A DNA stretch of 64,000 nucleotides from the human T2T-CHM13v2.0 reference genome, Homo sapiens, in assembly GCF_009914755.1 (NCBI RefSeq), contig NC_060933.1. One strand, 5' to 3'. Within the stretch, counting starts at the first letter, position 1. The number at the start of each line of letters is the position of its first letter. The position numbers and the translations under genes are program-made. Below the pieces are notes generated by a model that saw only the letters and a list, made by a program, of their open reading frames with translations, was not told the DNA's origin and made no database searches. Shown piece after piece: positions 14,581 to 27,499 of the stretch.

Positions 14581-17500
14581 TTCCATTCCATTCCATTCCA
14601 TTCCATTCCATTCCAATCGCGTTGATTCCATTCCATTCCATTCCATTCCATACCATTCGATTCCATTCCATTCCATTCCATTCCGTTCCGTTCCATTCCG
14701 TTCCATTCCATTCCATTCTATTCGGGTTAATTCCATTCCATTCCTTTCCATTCCATTTTATTCCATTCCATTGCAATCGAGTTGAATCCATTGCATTCCA
14801 TTCCATTCCATTCCATTACGGAAGATTCCATTCCATTGCATTCCATTCCATTCCATTCCCCTGCACTCGCGTTGATTCCATTCCATTCCATTCCATTCCA
14901 TTCCGTTCCGTTCCGTTCCATTCCATTCCATTCCATTAAATTCCACTCCATTCCATTCCATTCCGTTCCGTTCCATTCCATTCCATTCCATTCTATTCGG
15001 GTTAATTCCATTCCATTCCATTCGATTGCAATGAGAGTTGATTCCATTCCATTCCATTCCATTCCATTCCATTCCTTTCCATTCCATTCCTTTCCATTTC
15101 ATTACGGATGATTCCATTACATTGCATTCCATTCCGTTCCATTCCCCTGTACTCGGGTTGATTCCATTCCATTCCATTCCAATTCATGCCATTCCGCTCG
15201 TGTTGATTCCATTCTTTCCATTCCATTCAAGTTGAATCAATTCCATTGCATTCCATTCCATTCGATTCCATTCGATTGCACTCGGGTTGATTCCATTCCA
15301 TTGCATTCCATTCCATTCCATTCCATTCCATTCCATTCCATTCCTTTCCATTCCATTCCATTACATTCGGATTGATTCTTTTCAACTCCCTTACTCTCCA
15401 TTACATTCCATTCCATTCGGGTTGTTCCATTCCATTCCATTCCATTCCACTCCATTCCATTGCACTCGGGTTGATTCTATTCCATTCCATTCCATTCCAT
15501 TCCATTCCATTCCCCTGCACTCGCGTTGATTCCATTCCATTTCATTCCATTCCATTCCATTCCATTCCATTCCATTCCATTCCATTCCGTTCCATTCCAT
15601 TCCATTCCATTCTATTCGGGTTAATTCCATTCCATTCCATTCGATTGCAATCGAGTTGATTCCATTCCATTCCATTCCATTCCATTCCATTCCTTTCCAT
15701 TCCATTACGGATGATTCCATTCCATTGCATTCCATTCCATTCCATTCCCCTGTAGTCGGGTTGATTCCATTCCATTCCATTCCAATCCATGCCATTCCAC
15801 TCGTGTTGATCCCATTCTTTCCATTCCATTCAGGTTGAATCCATTCCATTGCATTCCATTCCATTCGATTCCATTCGATTGCACTCGGGTTGATTCCATT
15901 CCATTGCATTCCATTCCATTCCGTTCCATTCCATTTCATTACATTCAGATTGATTCTATTCAATTCCCTTACACTCCATTATATTCCAATCCATTCTGGT
16001 TGTTTGCATTCCATTCCTTTTCATTTCACTCCATTCCATTGCACTCGGGTTAATTCCATTGCATTCCATTCCATTCCATTCGGGATGATTCCATTCCATT
16101 GCATACCATTCCATTCCATTCCCCTGCACTCGGGTTGATTCCATTCCATTCCATTACATTACATTCCGTTCCATTCCATTCCATTCCATTCGGATTGATT
16201 CTATTCAATTCCCTTACACTCCATTACATTCCATTCCATTCGGGTAGTTTCCATTCCTTTCCATTCCATTTCTCTGTATTCCATTGTACTCGGGTTGATT
16301 CCATTCCATTCCATTCCATTCCATTCCATTCCATTCCATTGTACTCGGGGTGATTCCATTCCATTGCATTCCATTACATTCCATTCCATTCCATTCCGTT
16401 CCATTCCATTCCATTCCATTCGGATTGATTCTATTCAACTCCCTTACTCTCTATTACATTCCATTCCATTCGGGTTGTTCCATTCCATTCCATTCCATTC
16501 CACTCCATTCCATTGCACTCGGGTTGATTCCATTCCATTCCATACCATTCCATTCCATTCCGGATGATTGCATTCCATTGCATTCCATTCCATTACATTC
16601 CCCTGTACTCGGTTTGATTCCATTCCATTCCATTCCATTCCATTCGATTCCATTCCATTCCAATTCTTTCCATTGCATTCTATTCCGTACCATTCCATTC
16701 CATTCCATACAATTCCATTCCATTCCATTCCATTCCGCTCCGTTCCATTCCGTTCCATTCCGTTCCATTCCATTCCATTCCATTCTATTCGGGTTAATTC
16801 CATTTCATTCCATTCCATTCCATTCTATTCTATTCCATTGAAATCGAGTGGAATCCATTGCATTCCATTCCATTCCATTCCATTCCATTCCGGAAGATTC
16901 CATTCCATTGCAATCTATTCCATTCCATTCCCCTGCACTCGCGTTGATTCCATTCCATTCCATTCCATTCCATTCCGTTCCGTTCCGTTCCATTGCATTC
17001 CATTCCATTCCGTTCCGTTCCGTTCCATTCCATTCCATTCTATTCGGTTTAATTCCATTCCATTCCATTCGATTGCAATCGAGTTGATTCCATTCCATTC
17101 CATTCCACTCCATTCCATTGCATTCCATTCCTTTCCATTCCATTACGAATGATTCCATTCCATTGCATTACATTCCATTCCATTCCATTCCATTCTATTC
17201 CATTCCATTCCATTCCATTCCGGAAGATTCCATTCCATTGCATTCCATTCCATTCCATTCCCCTGCACTCGCGTTGATTCCATTCCATTCCATTCCATTC
17301 CATTCCGTTTCGTTCCGTTCCGTTCCATTCCATTCCATTCCATTCCATTCCATTCCGTTCCGTTCCATTCCATTCCATTCCATTCCATTCTATTCGGGTT
17401 AATTCCATTCCATTCCATTCGATTGCAATCGAGTTGATTTCATTCCATTTCATTCCATTCCATTCCATTCCATTCCATTCCATTCCATTCCATTCCTTTC

Positions 17501-18849
17501 CATTACATTACAGATGATTCCATTCCATTTCATTCCATTCCATTCCATTCCCCTGTACTCGGGTTGATTCCATTCCATTCCATTCCAATCCATGCCATTC
17601 GAGTCGTGTTGATTCCATTCTTTCCATTCCATTGAAGATGAATCCATTCCATTGCATTCCATTCCATTCGATTCCATTCGATTGCACTCGTGTTGATTCC
17701 ATGGCATTGCATTCCATTCCATTCCATTCCATTCCTTTCCATTCCATTCCATTCCATTCGGATTCATTCTATTCAATTCCCTTACACTCCATTACATTAC
17801 ATTCCAATCGGGTAGTTTCCATTCCATTCCATTCCATTCCTCTCCATTCCATTGCACTCGGGTTGATTCCATTCCATTCGATTCCATTCCATTCCATTCC
17901 ATTCCATTCCATTCTGATGATTCCATTCCATAGAATTCCATTCCATTCCATTCCCCTGCACTTGGGTTGATTCCATTCCATTCCATTACATTCCTTTCTG
18001 TTCCATTCCATTCCATTCCATTCCATTCCATTCTATTCGTGTTATTTCCATTCCATTCTATTCCATTGCATTCCATTGAAATCGAGTTGATTCCATTCCA
18101 TCCCATTCCATTCCATTCCATTCCGGATGATTCAATTCCATTGCATTCCATTCCATTCCATTCCTCTGCACTCGGATTGATTCCATTCCATTCCATTCCA
18201 TTACTTTCCGTTCCATTCCGTTCCATTCCATTCTATTCGGGTTAATTCCATTCCATTCCATTCCACTCCATTCCAGTCCTTTCCATTCCATTCCACTCGG
18301 GTTGATTCCATTCTATTCCTTTCCATTCCATTCCATTCCATTGCAATCGAGTTGATTCCATTCGAGTTGAATCCATTCCATTCCATTCCATTGCATTCCA
18401 TTGCACACGGGTTCATTCCATTCCATTCCATTCCATTCCATTTCATTCCATTCCATTCCATTCCATTTCATTCGATTCCATTCTAATCCGTACCATTCCA
18501 TTCCATCCTATTCCATTCCGTTCCATTCCATGCCATTACACTCGGGTTGATTCTATTCCTTTCCATTCCATTCTTGTTGAATCCATTCCATTCCATTCCA
18601 TTCCATTCCATCCGAATCCATTCCATTGCACTCGGGTTGATTCCATTCCATTCCATTCCATTCCATTTCATTCCATTCCATTCCATTACATTCGGATTGA
18701 TTCTATTCAATTCCCTTACACTCCATTACATTCCATTCCATTCGGGATGTTTCCATTCCATTCCATTCCATTCCACTCCATTCCATTGCATCAGGTTGAT
18801 TGCATTCCATTCCATTCCATTCCATTCCGGATGATTCCATTCCATTGCA

Positions 18850-20980
18850 TTCTATTCTATTCCATTCCCCTTCACTCGGGTTGATTACATTCCATTCCAT
18901 TCCCTTCCATTCCTTTCCGTTCCATTCCATTCCATTCTATTCGGGTTAATTCCATTCCATTCCATTCGATTCGATTCCATTCCATTCCATTCCATTGCAA
19001 TCGGGTTGATTCCATTACATTACATTCCATTCCATTCCGGATGATTCCATTCCATTGCATTCCATTCCATTCCAATCCCCTGCAGTCGGGCTGATTCCAT
19101 TCCATTGCATTCCATTCCATTCCATTCCATTCCATTCCATTCCGTTCCATTCCATTCCATTCCATTCTATTCGGGTTAAGTCCATTCCATTCCATTCCAT
19201 TCCATTCCATTCCATTCCAATCGAGTTGATTCCATTCCATTCCATTCCATTCCATTCCACTCAATTCCAGTCCTTTCCATTCCATTCCACTCGGGTTGAT
19301 TCCATTCTATTCCTTTCCATTCCATTCCATTCCATTGCAATCGAGTTGATTCCATTGCTTTGCATTCCGTTCCATTCCATTCCTTTTCATTGTATTCGGG
19401 TTAATTCCATTGCATTCCATTCCATTCCATTCCATTCCATTCCATTGCATTACAATGGAGTTGATTCCATTCCATTCCATTCCATTCCATTCCATTCCAT
19501 TCCAGTCCTTTCCATTCCATTCCACTCGGGTTGATTCCATTCTATTAGTTTCCATTCCATTCCATTCCCTTCCATTCCACTCTGGTTGATTCCATTCCTT
19601 TCCATTTCACACGAATACATTCCCTCCTATTCCACTCGGAACGATTCCATTCCATTCCATTCCATTCCATTCCATTCCATTCCATTCCATTCCATTTCGT
19701 TCCATTCCATTCTATTCCATACCATTCCATTCTATTCCATTCCATTCCATTCCACTCGTGTTGATTACATTCCTTTCCATTCCATTCAGTTTGAAGGCAT
19801 TCCATTCCATTCAATTCCATTCCATTCCATTCCATTCCATTCCATTCCATTCCATTCCATTCCATTCCATTGTACTCGGGTTGATTCCATTCCATTGCAT
19901 TCCATTCCATTCCATTCCATTCCATTCCATTCCATTCCATTCCATTCCGGAAGATTCCATTCCATTGCATTCCATTCCATACCATTCCCCTGCACTCGGG
20001 TTGATTACATTCCATTCCCGTCCCTTCCATTCCTTTCCATTCCATTCCATTCCATTCTATTCTGGTGAATTCCATTCCATTCCATTCCATTCCATTCCAT
20101 TCCATTCCATTGCAATCGAGTTGATTCCATTCCATTCCATTCCATTCCGATCCGGATGATTCCATTCCATTGCATTCCATTCCATTCCATTCCCCTGCAG
20201 TCGCGTTGATTCCATTCCATTCCATTCTATTCCATTCCGTTCCATTCCATTCCATTCCATTCTATTCGGGTTAATTCCATTCCATTCCTTTCCATTCCAT
20301 TTCAATCGAGTTAATTACATTCCATTGCATTCCATTCCACTCCATTCCAGTCCTTTCCATTCCATTCCACTCGGGTTGATTCCATTCCATTCCTTTGCAT
20401 TCCATTCCATTGCAATCGAGTTGATTCCATTGCATTGCATTCCATTCCATTCCATTCCATTCCGGATGATTCCATTCCATTGCATTCAATTCCATTCCAT
20501 TCCCCTGCACTCGGGTTGATTCCATTCCATTCCACTCCATTCCGTTCCATTGCATTCCATTCCATTGTATTCGGGTTAATTCCATTCCATTCCATTACAT
20601 TCCATTCCATTCCATTCCATTACAATCGAGTTGATTCCATTCCATTCCATTCCATTCCATTCCATTCCATTCCATTCCATTCCTTTCCATTCCATTCCAC
20701 TCGGGTTTATTCCATTCTATTAGTTTCCATTCCATTCCATTCCCTTCCATTCCACTCTGGTTGATTCCATTCCTTTCCATTCCATTCGAATACATTCCAT
20801 CCTATTCCCTCGGAACAATTCCATTCCATTCCATTCCATTCCATTCCATTCCATTTCGTTCCATTCCATTCTATTCCATACCATTCCATTCCATTCCATT
20901 CCATTCCATTCCATTCCACTCGTGTTGATTCCATTCCTTTCCATTCCATTCGGTTTGAAGCCATTCCATCCCATTCAATT
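18850..20980. repeat. Older, diverged tandem duplication, period about 1.12-1.18 kb
   Basis: TTGATTACAT at 18881/20001, the CGAATACATTCC..CCTATTCC module at 19612/20788 and TTTGAAG(G/C)CATTCC at about 19790/20954. Many substitutions separate the copies. Confidence 0.6.
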
Positions 20981-23000
20981 CCATTCCATTCCTTTCCATT
21001 CCATTGCGGATGATTCCATTCCATTGCTTTCCATTCCATTCCATTCCCCTGTACTCGGGTTGATTCCATTCCATTCCATTGCAATCCATGCCATTCCACT
21101 CGTGTTGATTCCATTCTTTCCATTCCATTCAAGTTGAATCCATTCCATTGCATTCCATTCCATTCCATTCCATTCGATTGCACTCGGGTTGATTACATTC
21201 CATTTCATTCCATTCCATTCCATTCCATTCCATTCCAATCCGTTCCATTCCATTCCATTACATTCGGATTGATTCTTTTTAACTCCCTTACTCTCCATTA
21301 CATTCCATTCAATTCGGGTTGTTCCATTCCATTCCATTCCATTCCACTCCATTCCATTGCACTCGGGTTGATTCCATTCCATTGCATTCCATTCCATTCC
21401 ATTCCATTCCATTCCATTCCATTCCGGATGATTCCATTCCATTGCATTCCGTTCTATTACATTCCCCTGCAATCGCGTTGATTCCATTCCATTCCATTCC
21501 ATTCCATTCCATTCCATTCCATTCCAATTCGTTCCATTCCATTCTATTCCGTACCATTCCATTCCATTCCATAGCATTCCATTCCATTCCATTCCATTCC
21601 ATTCCTTTCCATTCCGTTCTATTCCGTTCCATTCCATTCCATTCCAGTCCATTCTATTAAGGTTAATTCCATTCCATTCCATTCCATTCCATTCTATTCC
21701 ATTCCATTGCAATCGAGTTGAATCCATTGCATTCCATTCCATTCCATTCCATTCCATTCCATTCCATTCCATTCCGGAAGATTCCATTCCATTGCATTCC
21801 ATTCCATTCCATTCCCCTGCACTCGCGTTGATTCCATTCCATTCCATTCCATTCCATTCCATTCCATTCCATTCCGTTCCGTTCCGTTCCATTCCATTCC
21901 ATTCCATTCCATTCCATTCCGTTCCGTTCCATTCCATTCCATTCCATTCTATTCGTGTTAATTCCATTCCATTCCATTCGATTGCAATCGAGTTCATTCC
22001 ATTCCATTCCATTCCATTCCATTCTTTTCCATTCCATTACTAATGATTCCATTCCATTGCATTCCATTCCATTCCATTCTCCTGTACTCGGGTTGATTCC
22101 ATTCCATTCCATTCCAATCCATGCCATTCCACTCGTGTTCATTCCATTCTTTCCATTCCATTCAAGTTGAATCCATTCCATTGCATTCCATTCCATTCGA
22201 TTCCATTCGATTGCACTCGGATTGATTCCATTACATTGCATTCCATTCCATTCCATTCCATTCCATTCCGTTCCATTCCATTCCATTACATTCGGATTGA
22301 TTCTATTCAATTCCCTTACACTTCATTACTTTCCATTCCATTCGGGTAGTTTCCATTCCATTCCATTCCATTCCTCTCCATTCCATTGCACTCGGGTTGA
22401 TTCCATTCCATTCCATTCCAATCGATTCCATTCCATTCCATTCCATTCCATTCCATTCCATTGTACTCGGGTTGATTCCATTCCATTGCATTCCATTCCA
22501 TTCCATTCCGTTACATTCCATTCCATTACATTCGGGTTGATTCTATTCAACTCCCTTACTCTCCATTACATTCCATTCCATTCGTGCTGTTCCATTCCAT
22601 TCCATTCCATTCCACTCCATTGCATTGCACTCGGGTTGATTCCATTCCATTCCATTCCATTCCATTCCATTCCGGATGATTCCATTCCATTGCATTCCGT
22701 TCCATTACATTCGCCTGCACTCGGGTTGATTCCATTCCATTCCATTCCATTCCATATCATTCCATTCGATTCCATTCCATTCCAATTCTTTCCATTCCAT
22801 TCTATTCCGTACCGCTCCATTCCATTCCATACAATTCCATTCCATTCCATTCCATTCCATTCCGTTCCGTTCCGTTCCGTTCCGTTCCATTCCATTCCAT
22901 TGCATTCCATTCTATTCGGGTTAATTCCATTCCATTCCATTCCATTCTATTCCAATCCATTGCAATCGAGTTGAATCCATTGCATTCCATTCCATTCCAT

Positions 23001-23060
23001 TCCATTCAATTCCGGAAGATTCCATTCCATTCCATTCAATTCCGGAAGATTCCATTCCAT
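23001..23060. repeat. Perfect 30-bp tandem duplication (TCCATTCAATTCCGGAAGATTCCATTCCAT x2) that duplicates an HSE
   Basis: Directly visible at 23001-23030 and 23031-23060. Confidence 0.92.
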
Positions 23061-23539
23061 TGCATTCCATTCCATTCCATTCCCCTGCACTCGCGTTGAA
23101 TCCATTCCATTCCATTCCATTCCATTCCATTCCATTCCTTTCCGTTCCATTGCATTCCATTCCATTCCATTCCCTTCCATTCCGTTCCGTTCCATTCCAT
23201 TCCATTCCATTCTATTGGGGTTAATTCCATTCCATTCCATTCGATTACAATCAAGTTGATTGCATTCCATTCCATTCCATTCCATTCCATTCCATTCCTT
23301 TCCATTCCATTACGGATGATTCCATTCCATTGCATTCCATTCCATTCCATTCCCCTGTACTCGGGTTGATTCCATTCCATTCCATTCCAATCCATGCCAT
23401 TCCACTCGTGTTGATTCCATTCTTTCCATTCCATTCAAGTTGAATCCATTCCATTGCATTCCATTCCATTCGATTCCATTCGATTGCACTCGGGTTGATT
23501 CCATTCCATTGCATTCCATTCCATTCCATTCCATTCCAT

Positions 23540-24490
23540 TCCGTTCCATTCCATTTCATTACATTCAGATTGATTCTATTCAATTCCCTTACACTCCATT
23601 ATATTCCAATCCATTCTGGTTGTTTCCATTCCATTCCATTCCATTTCACTCGTGTTGATTCCATTCCTTTCCATTCCATTCGGTTTGAAGCCATTCCATT
23701 CCATTCCATTCCACTCCATTCCATTCCATTCCATTCCATTCCATTCCATTCCATTCCATTCCATTGAACTCGGGTTGATTCCATTCCATTGCATTCCATT
23801 CAATTCCATTCCATTCTGTTCCATTCCATTCCATTACATTCGGATTGATTCTATTCAACTCCGTTACTCTCCATTACATTCCATTCCATTCGGGTTGTTC
23901 CATTCCATTCCATTCCATTCCACTCCATTCCATTTCACTCGGGTTGATTCCATTCCATTCCATTCCATTCCATTCCATTCCATTCCATTCCATTCCGGAT
24001 GATTCCATTCCATTGTATTCCGTTCCATTACATTCCTCTGCGCTCGCGTTGATTCCATTCCATTCCATTCCATTCCATACCATTCCATTCCATTCCATTG
24101 CATTCCATTCCATTCCATTCTATTACGTTCCATTCCATTTCATTACATTCAGATTGATTCTATTCAATTCCCTTACACTCCATTATATTCCAATCCATTC
24201 TGGTTGTTTCCATTCCATTCCATTCCATTTCACTCGTGTTGATTCCATTCCTTTCCATTCCATTCTGTTTGAAGCCATTCCATTCCATTCAATTCCACTC
24301 CATTCCATTCCATTCCATTCCATTCCATTCCATTCCATTCCATTGTACTCGGGTTGATTCCATTCCATTGCATTCCATTCAATTCCATTCCATTCTGTTC
24401 CATTCCATTCCATTACATTCGGATTGATTCTATTCAACTCCGTTACTCTCTATTACATTCCATTCCATTCGGGTTGTTCCATTCCATTCC
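23540..24490. repeat. Local duplication, offset about 580 bp (about 23540-23910 vs about 24125-24490)
   Basis: Both copies share the unusual fusion CATTTCACTCGTGTTG..TTTGAAGCC and the variant AACTCCGTTACT (about 23857/24436). Confidence 0.85.
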
Positions 24491-25629
24491 ATTCGATTCC
24501 ATTCCATTCCCCTGCACTCGCGTTGATTCCATTCCATTCCATTCCATTCCATTCCTTTCCGTTCCATTCCATTCCATTCCATTCCATTCCGTTCGGTTCC
24601 ATTCCATTCCATTCCATTCTATTCGGGTTAATTCCATTCCATTCCATTCGATTGCAATCGAGTTGATTCCATTCCATTCCATTCCATTCCATTCCATTCC
24701 ATTCCATTCCATTCCTTTCCATTCCATTACGGATGATTCCATTCCATTGCATTCCATTCCATTCCGTTCCCCTGTACTCGGGTTGATTCCATTCCATTCC
24801 ATTCCAATCCATGCCATTCCACTCGTGTTGATTCCATTCTTTCCATTCCATTCAGGTTGAATCCATTCCATTGCATTCCATTCCATTCGATTCCATTCGA
24901 TTGCACTCGGGTTGATTCCATTCCATTGCATTCCATTCCATTCCATTCCATTCCATTCCGTTCCATTCCATTTCATTACATTCAGATTGATTCTATTCAA
25001 TTCCCTTACACTCCATTATATTCCAATCCATTCTGGTTGTTTCCATTCCATTCCATTCCATTTCACTCCATTCCATTGCACTCGGGTTGATTCCATTCCA
25101 TTGCATTCCATTCCATTCCTTTCCCCTGCAATCGGGTTGTTTCCATTCCATTACATTACATTACATTCCGTTCCATTCCATTCCATTCCATTTGGATTGA
25201 TTCTATTCAATTCCCTTACACTCCATTACATTCCATTCCATTCGGGTAGTTTCCATTCCTTTCCATTCCATTCCTCTCTATTCCATTGTACTCGGGATGA
25301 TTCCATTCCATTCCATTCCATTCCATTCCATTCCATTCCATTGTACTCGGGTTGATTCCATTCCATTCCATTCCATTCCATTCGATTCCATTCCATTCCA
25401 ATTCTTTCCATTCCATTCTATTCCGTACCATTCCTTTCCATTCCATACAATTCCATTCCATTCCATTCCAGTCCGTTCCGTTCGGTTCCGTTCCGTTCCG
25501 TTCCATTCCATTCCATTCCATTCTATTCGGGTTAATTCCATTTCATTTCATTCCATTCCATTCGATTCTATTCCATTCCATTGCAATCGAGTTGAATCCA
25601 TTGCATTCCATTCCATTCCATTCCATTCC

Positions 25630-25644
25630 ATTCCGGAAGATTCC
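25630..25644. promoter_or_regulatory. Consensus heat-shock element (nTTCnnGAAnnTTCn), nearest copy left of the inversion junction
   Basis: aTTCcgGAAgaTTCc matches three alternating nGAAn units exactly. This is a motif match only; binding cannot be shown from sequence. Confidence 0.6.
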
Positions 25645-25979
25645 ATTCCATTGCAATCTATTCCATTCCATTCCCCTGCACTCGCGTTGAATCCATTCCA
25701 TTGCATTCCATTCCATTCCATTCCATTCCGTTCCGTTCCGTTCCATTGCATTCCATTCCATTCCGTTCCGTTCCGTTCCGTTCCATTCCATTCCATTCTA
25801 TTCGGGTTAATTCCATTCCATTCCATTCGATTGCAATCGAGTTGATTCCATTCCATTCCATTCCATTCCATTCCATTCCTTTCCATTCCATTACGGATGA
25901 TTCCATTCCATTGCATTGCATTCCATTCCATTCCCCTGTACTCGGGTTGATTCCATTCCATTCCATTCCATTCCATTCT

Positions 25980-25991
25980 ATTCCATGGAAT
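25980..25991. other. Satellite inversion breakpoint; 12-bp perfect palindrome ATTCCATGGAAT
   Basis: The sequence reads ...ttccattcta ttccAT ggaatgtaatggag... and AT (25985-25986) can belong to either arm. ORFs 25548..26588(-) and 25701..26018(+) switch from IPFHS-type to MEWNG-type peptide here. Confidence 0.96.
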
Positions 25992-26396
25992 GTAATGGAG
26001 AGTAAGGGAGTTGAATAGAATCAATCCGAATGTAATGGAATGGAATGCAACGGAATGGAATGGAATGGAATGGAATGGAATGCAATGGAATTGAATCAAC
26101 CCGAGTACAATGGAATGCAATGGAATGGAATGGAATGGAATGGAATGGAATGGAATGGAATGGAATGGAATCAACTCCATTGCAATCGAATGGAATGGAA
26201 TGGAATTAACCCGAATAGAATGGAATGGAATGGAATGGAACGGAACGGAACGGAATGCAATGGATTGGAATGGAATGGAATGGAATGGAATGGAACGGAA
26301 CGGAACGGAATGGAATGGAATGGAATGGAATGGAATGGAATGGAATGGAATCAACGCGAGTGAAGGGGAATGGAATGGAATGGAATGCAATGGAAT

Positions 26397-26411
26397 GGAA
26401 TCTTCCGGAAT
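26397..26411. promoter_or_regulatory. Consensus heat-shock element (nGAAnnTTCnnGAAn), nearest copy right of the inversion junction
   Basis: gGAAtcTTCcgGAAt; representative of about 40 copies across the window. Motif match only. Confidence 0.6.
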
Positions 26412-27499
26412 GGAGTGGAATGGAATGGAATGGAATGGAATGGAATGGAATGGAATGGAAAAACCCGAATGGAATGGAATGGAATGGAGAGTAAGGGAGT
26501 TGAATAGAATCAATCCGAATGTAATGGAATGGAATGGAACGGAACGGAATTGAATGGAATGGAATGGAATGCAATGGAATGGAATCAACCCGAGTTCAAT
26601 GGAATGGAGAGGAATGGAATGGAATGGAATGGAAACTACCCGAATGGAATGGAATGTAATGGAGTGTAAGGGAATCGAATAGAATCAATCCGAATGTAAT
26701 GGAATGGAATGGAACGGAATGGAATGAAATGGAATGGAATGGAATGGAATGGAATGGAATGGAATGGAATGCAATGGAATGGAATCAACCCGAGTGCAAT
26801 CGAATGGAATCGAATGGAATGGAATGCAATGGAATGGATTCAACTTGAATGGAATGGAAAGAATGGAATGAACACGAGTGGAATGGCATGGATTGGAATG
26901 GAATGGAATGGAATGGAATCAACCCGAGTACAGGGGAATGGAATGGAATGGAATGCAATGGAATGGAATCATCCGTAATGGAATGGAAAGGAAAGGAATG
27001 GAATGGAATGGAATGGAATGGAATGGAATGGAATGGAATGGAATCAATTCGATTGCAATCGAATGGAATGGAATGGAATTAACCCGAATAGAATGGAATA
27101 GAATGGAATGGAATGGAATGGAACGGAACGGAACGGAATGGAATGGAATCGAATGGAATGGAATGGAACGGAAAGGAATGGAATGGAATGGAATGGAATG
27201 GAATGGAATCAACGCGAGTGCAGGGGAATGGAATGGAACGGAATGCAATGGAATGGAATCATCCGGAATGGAATGGAATGGAATGGAATGGAATGGAATG
27301 GAATGGAATCAACCCGAGCGCAATGGAATGGAGTGGAATGGAATGGAATGGAATGGAACAACCCGAATGGAATGGAATGTAATGGAGAGTAAGGGAGTTG
27401 AATAGAATCAATCCGAATGTAATGGAATGGAACGGAATGGAATGGAATGGAATGGAATGGAATGGAATGGAATGCAATGGAATGGAATCAACCCGAGTA

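Larger units (their letters stand above)
1..25985 (-). repeat. Left HSat3 arm: C-rich (CATTC)n on + strand, G-rich GGAAT strand on -
   Basis: The + strand reads ...attccattcc... throughout. MEWNG-type ORFs are on - and IPFHS-type ORFs on + in this interval. Confidence 0.97.

Noticed and set aside
25983-25988. NcoI site (CCATGG) as a unique junction marker
   Set aside because: CCATGG also occurs at 324, 17699, 39935 and 45819.
25981-25990. Junction as a newly created heat-shock element
   Set aside because: TTC and GAA are separated by 4 nt; an HSE needs 2.
25548-26588. 346-aa chimeric ORF spanning the inversion (IPFHS-type N-terminus, MEWNG-type C-terminus)
   Set aside because: This is an automatic consequence of the strand switch. 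It is a useful marker of the junction but gives no evidence of translation.
25000-27000. Exact fold-back palindrome (breakage-fusion-bridge product or chimeric read)
   Set aside because: Perfect symmetry ends after 6 bp per side, and the module order on the two sides is not mirrored.
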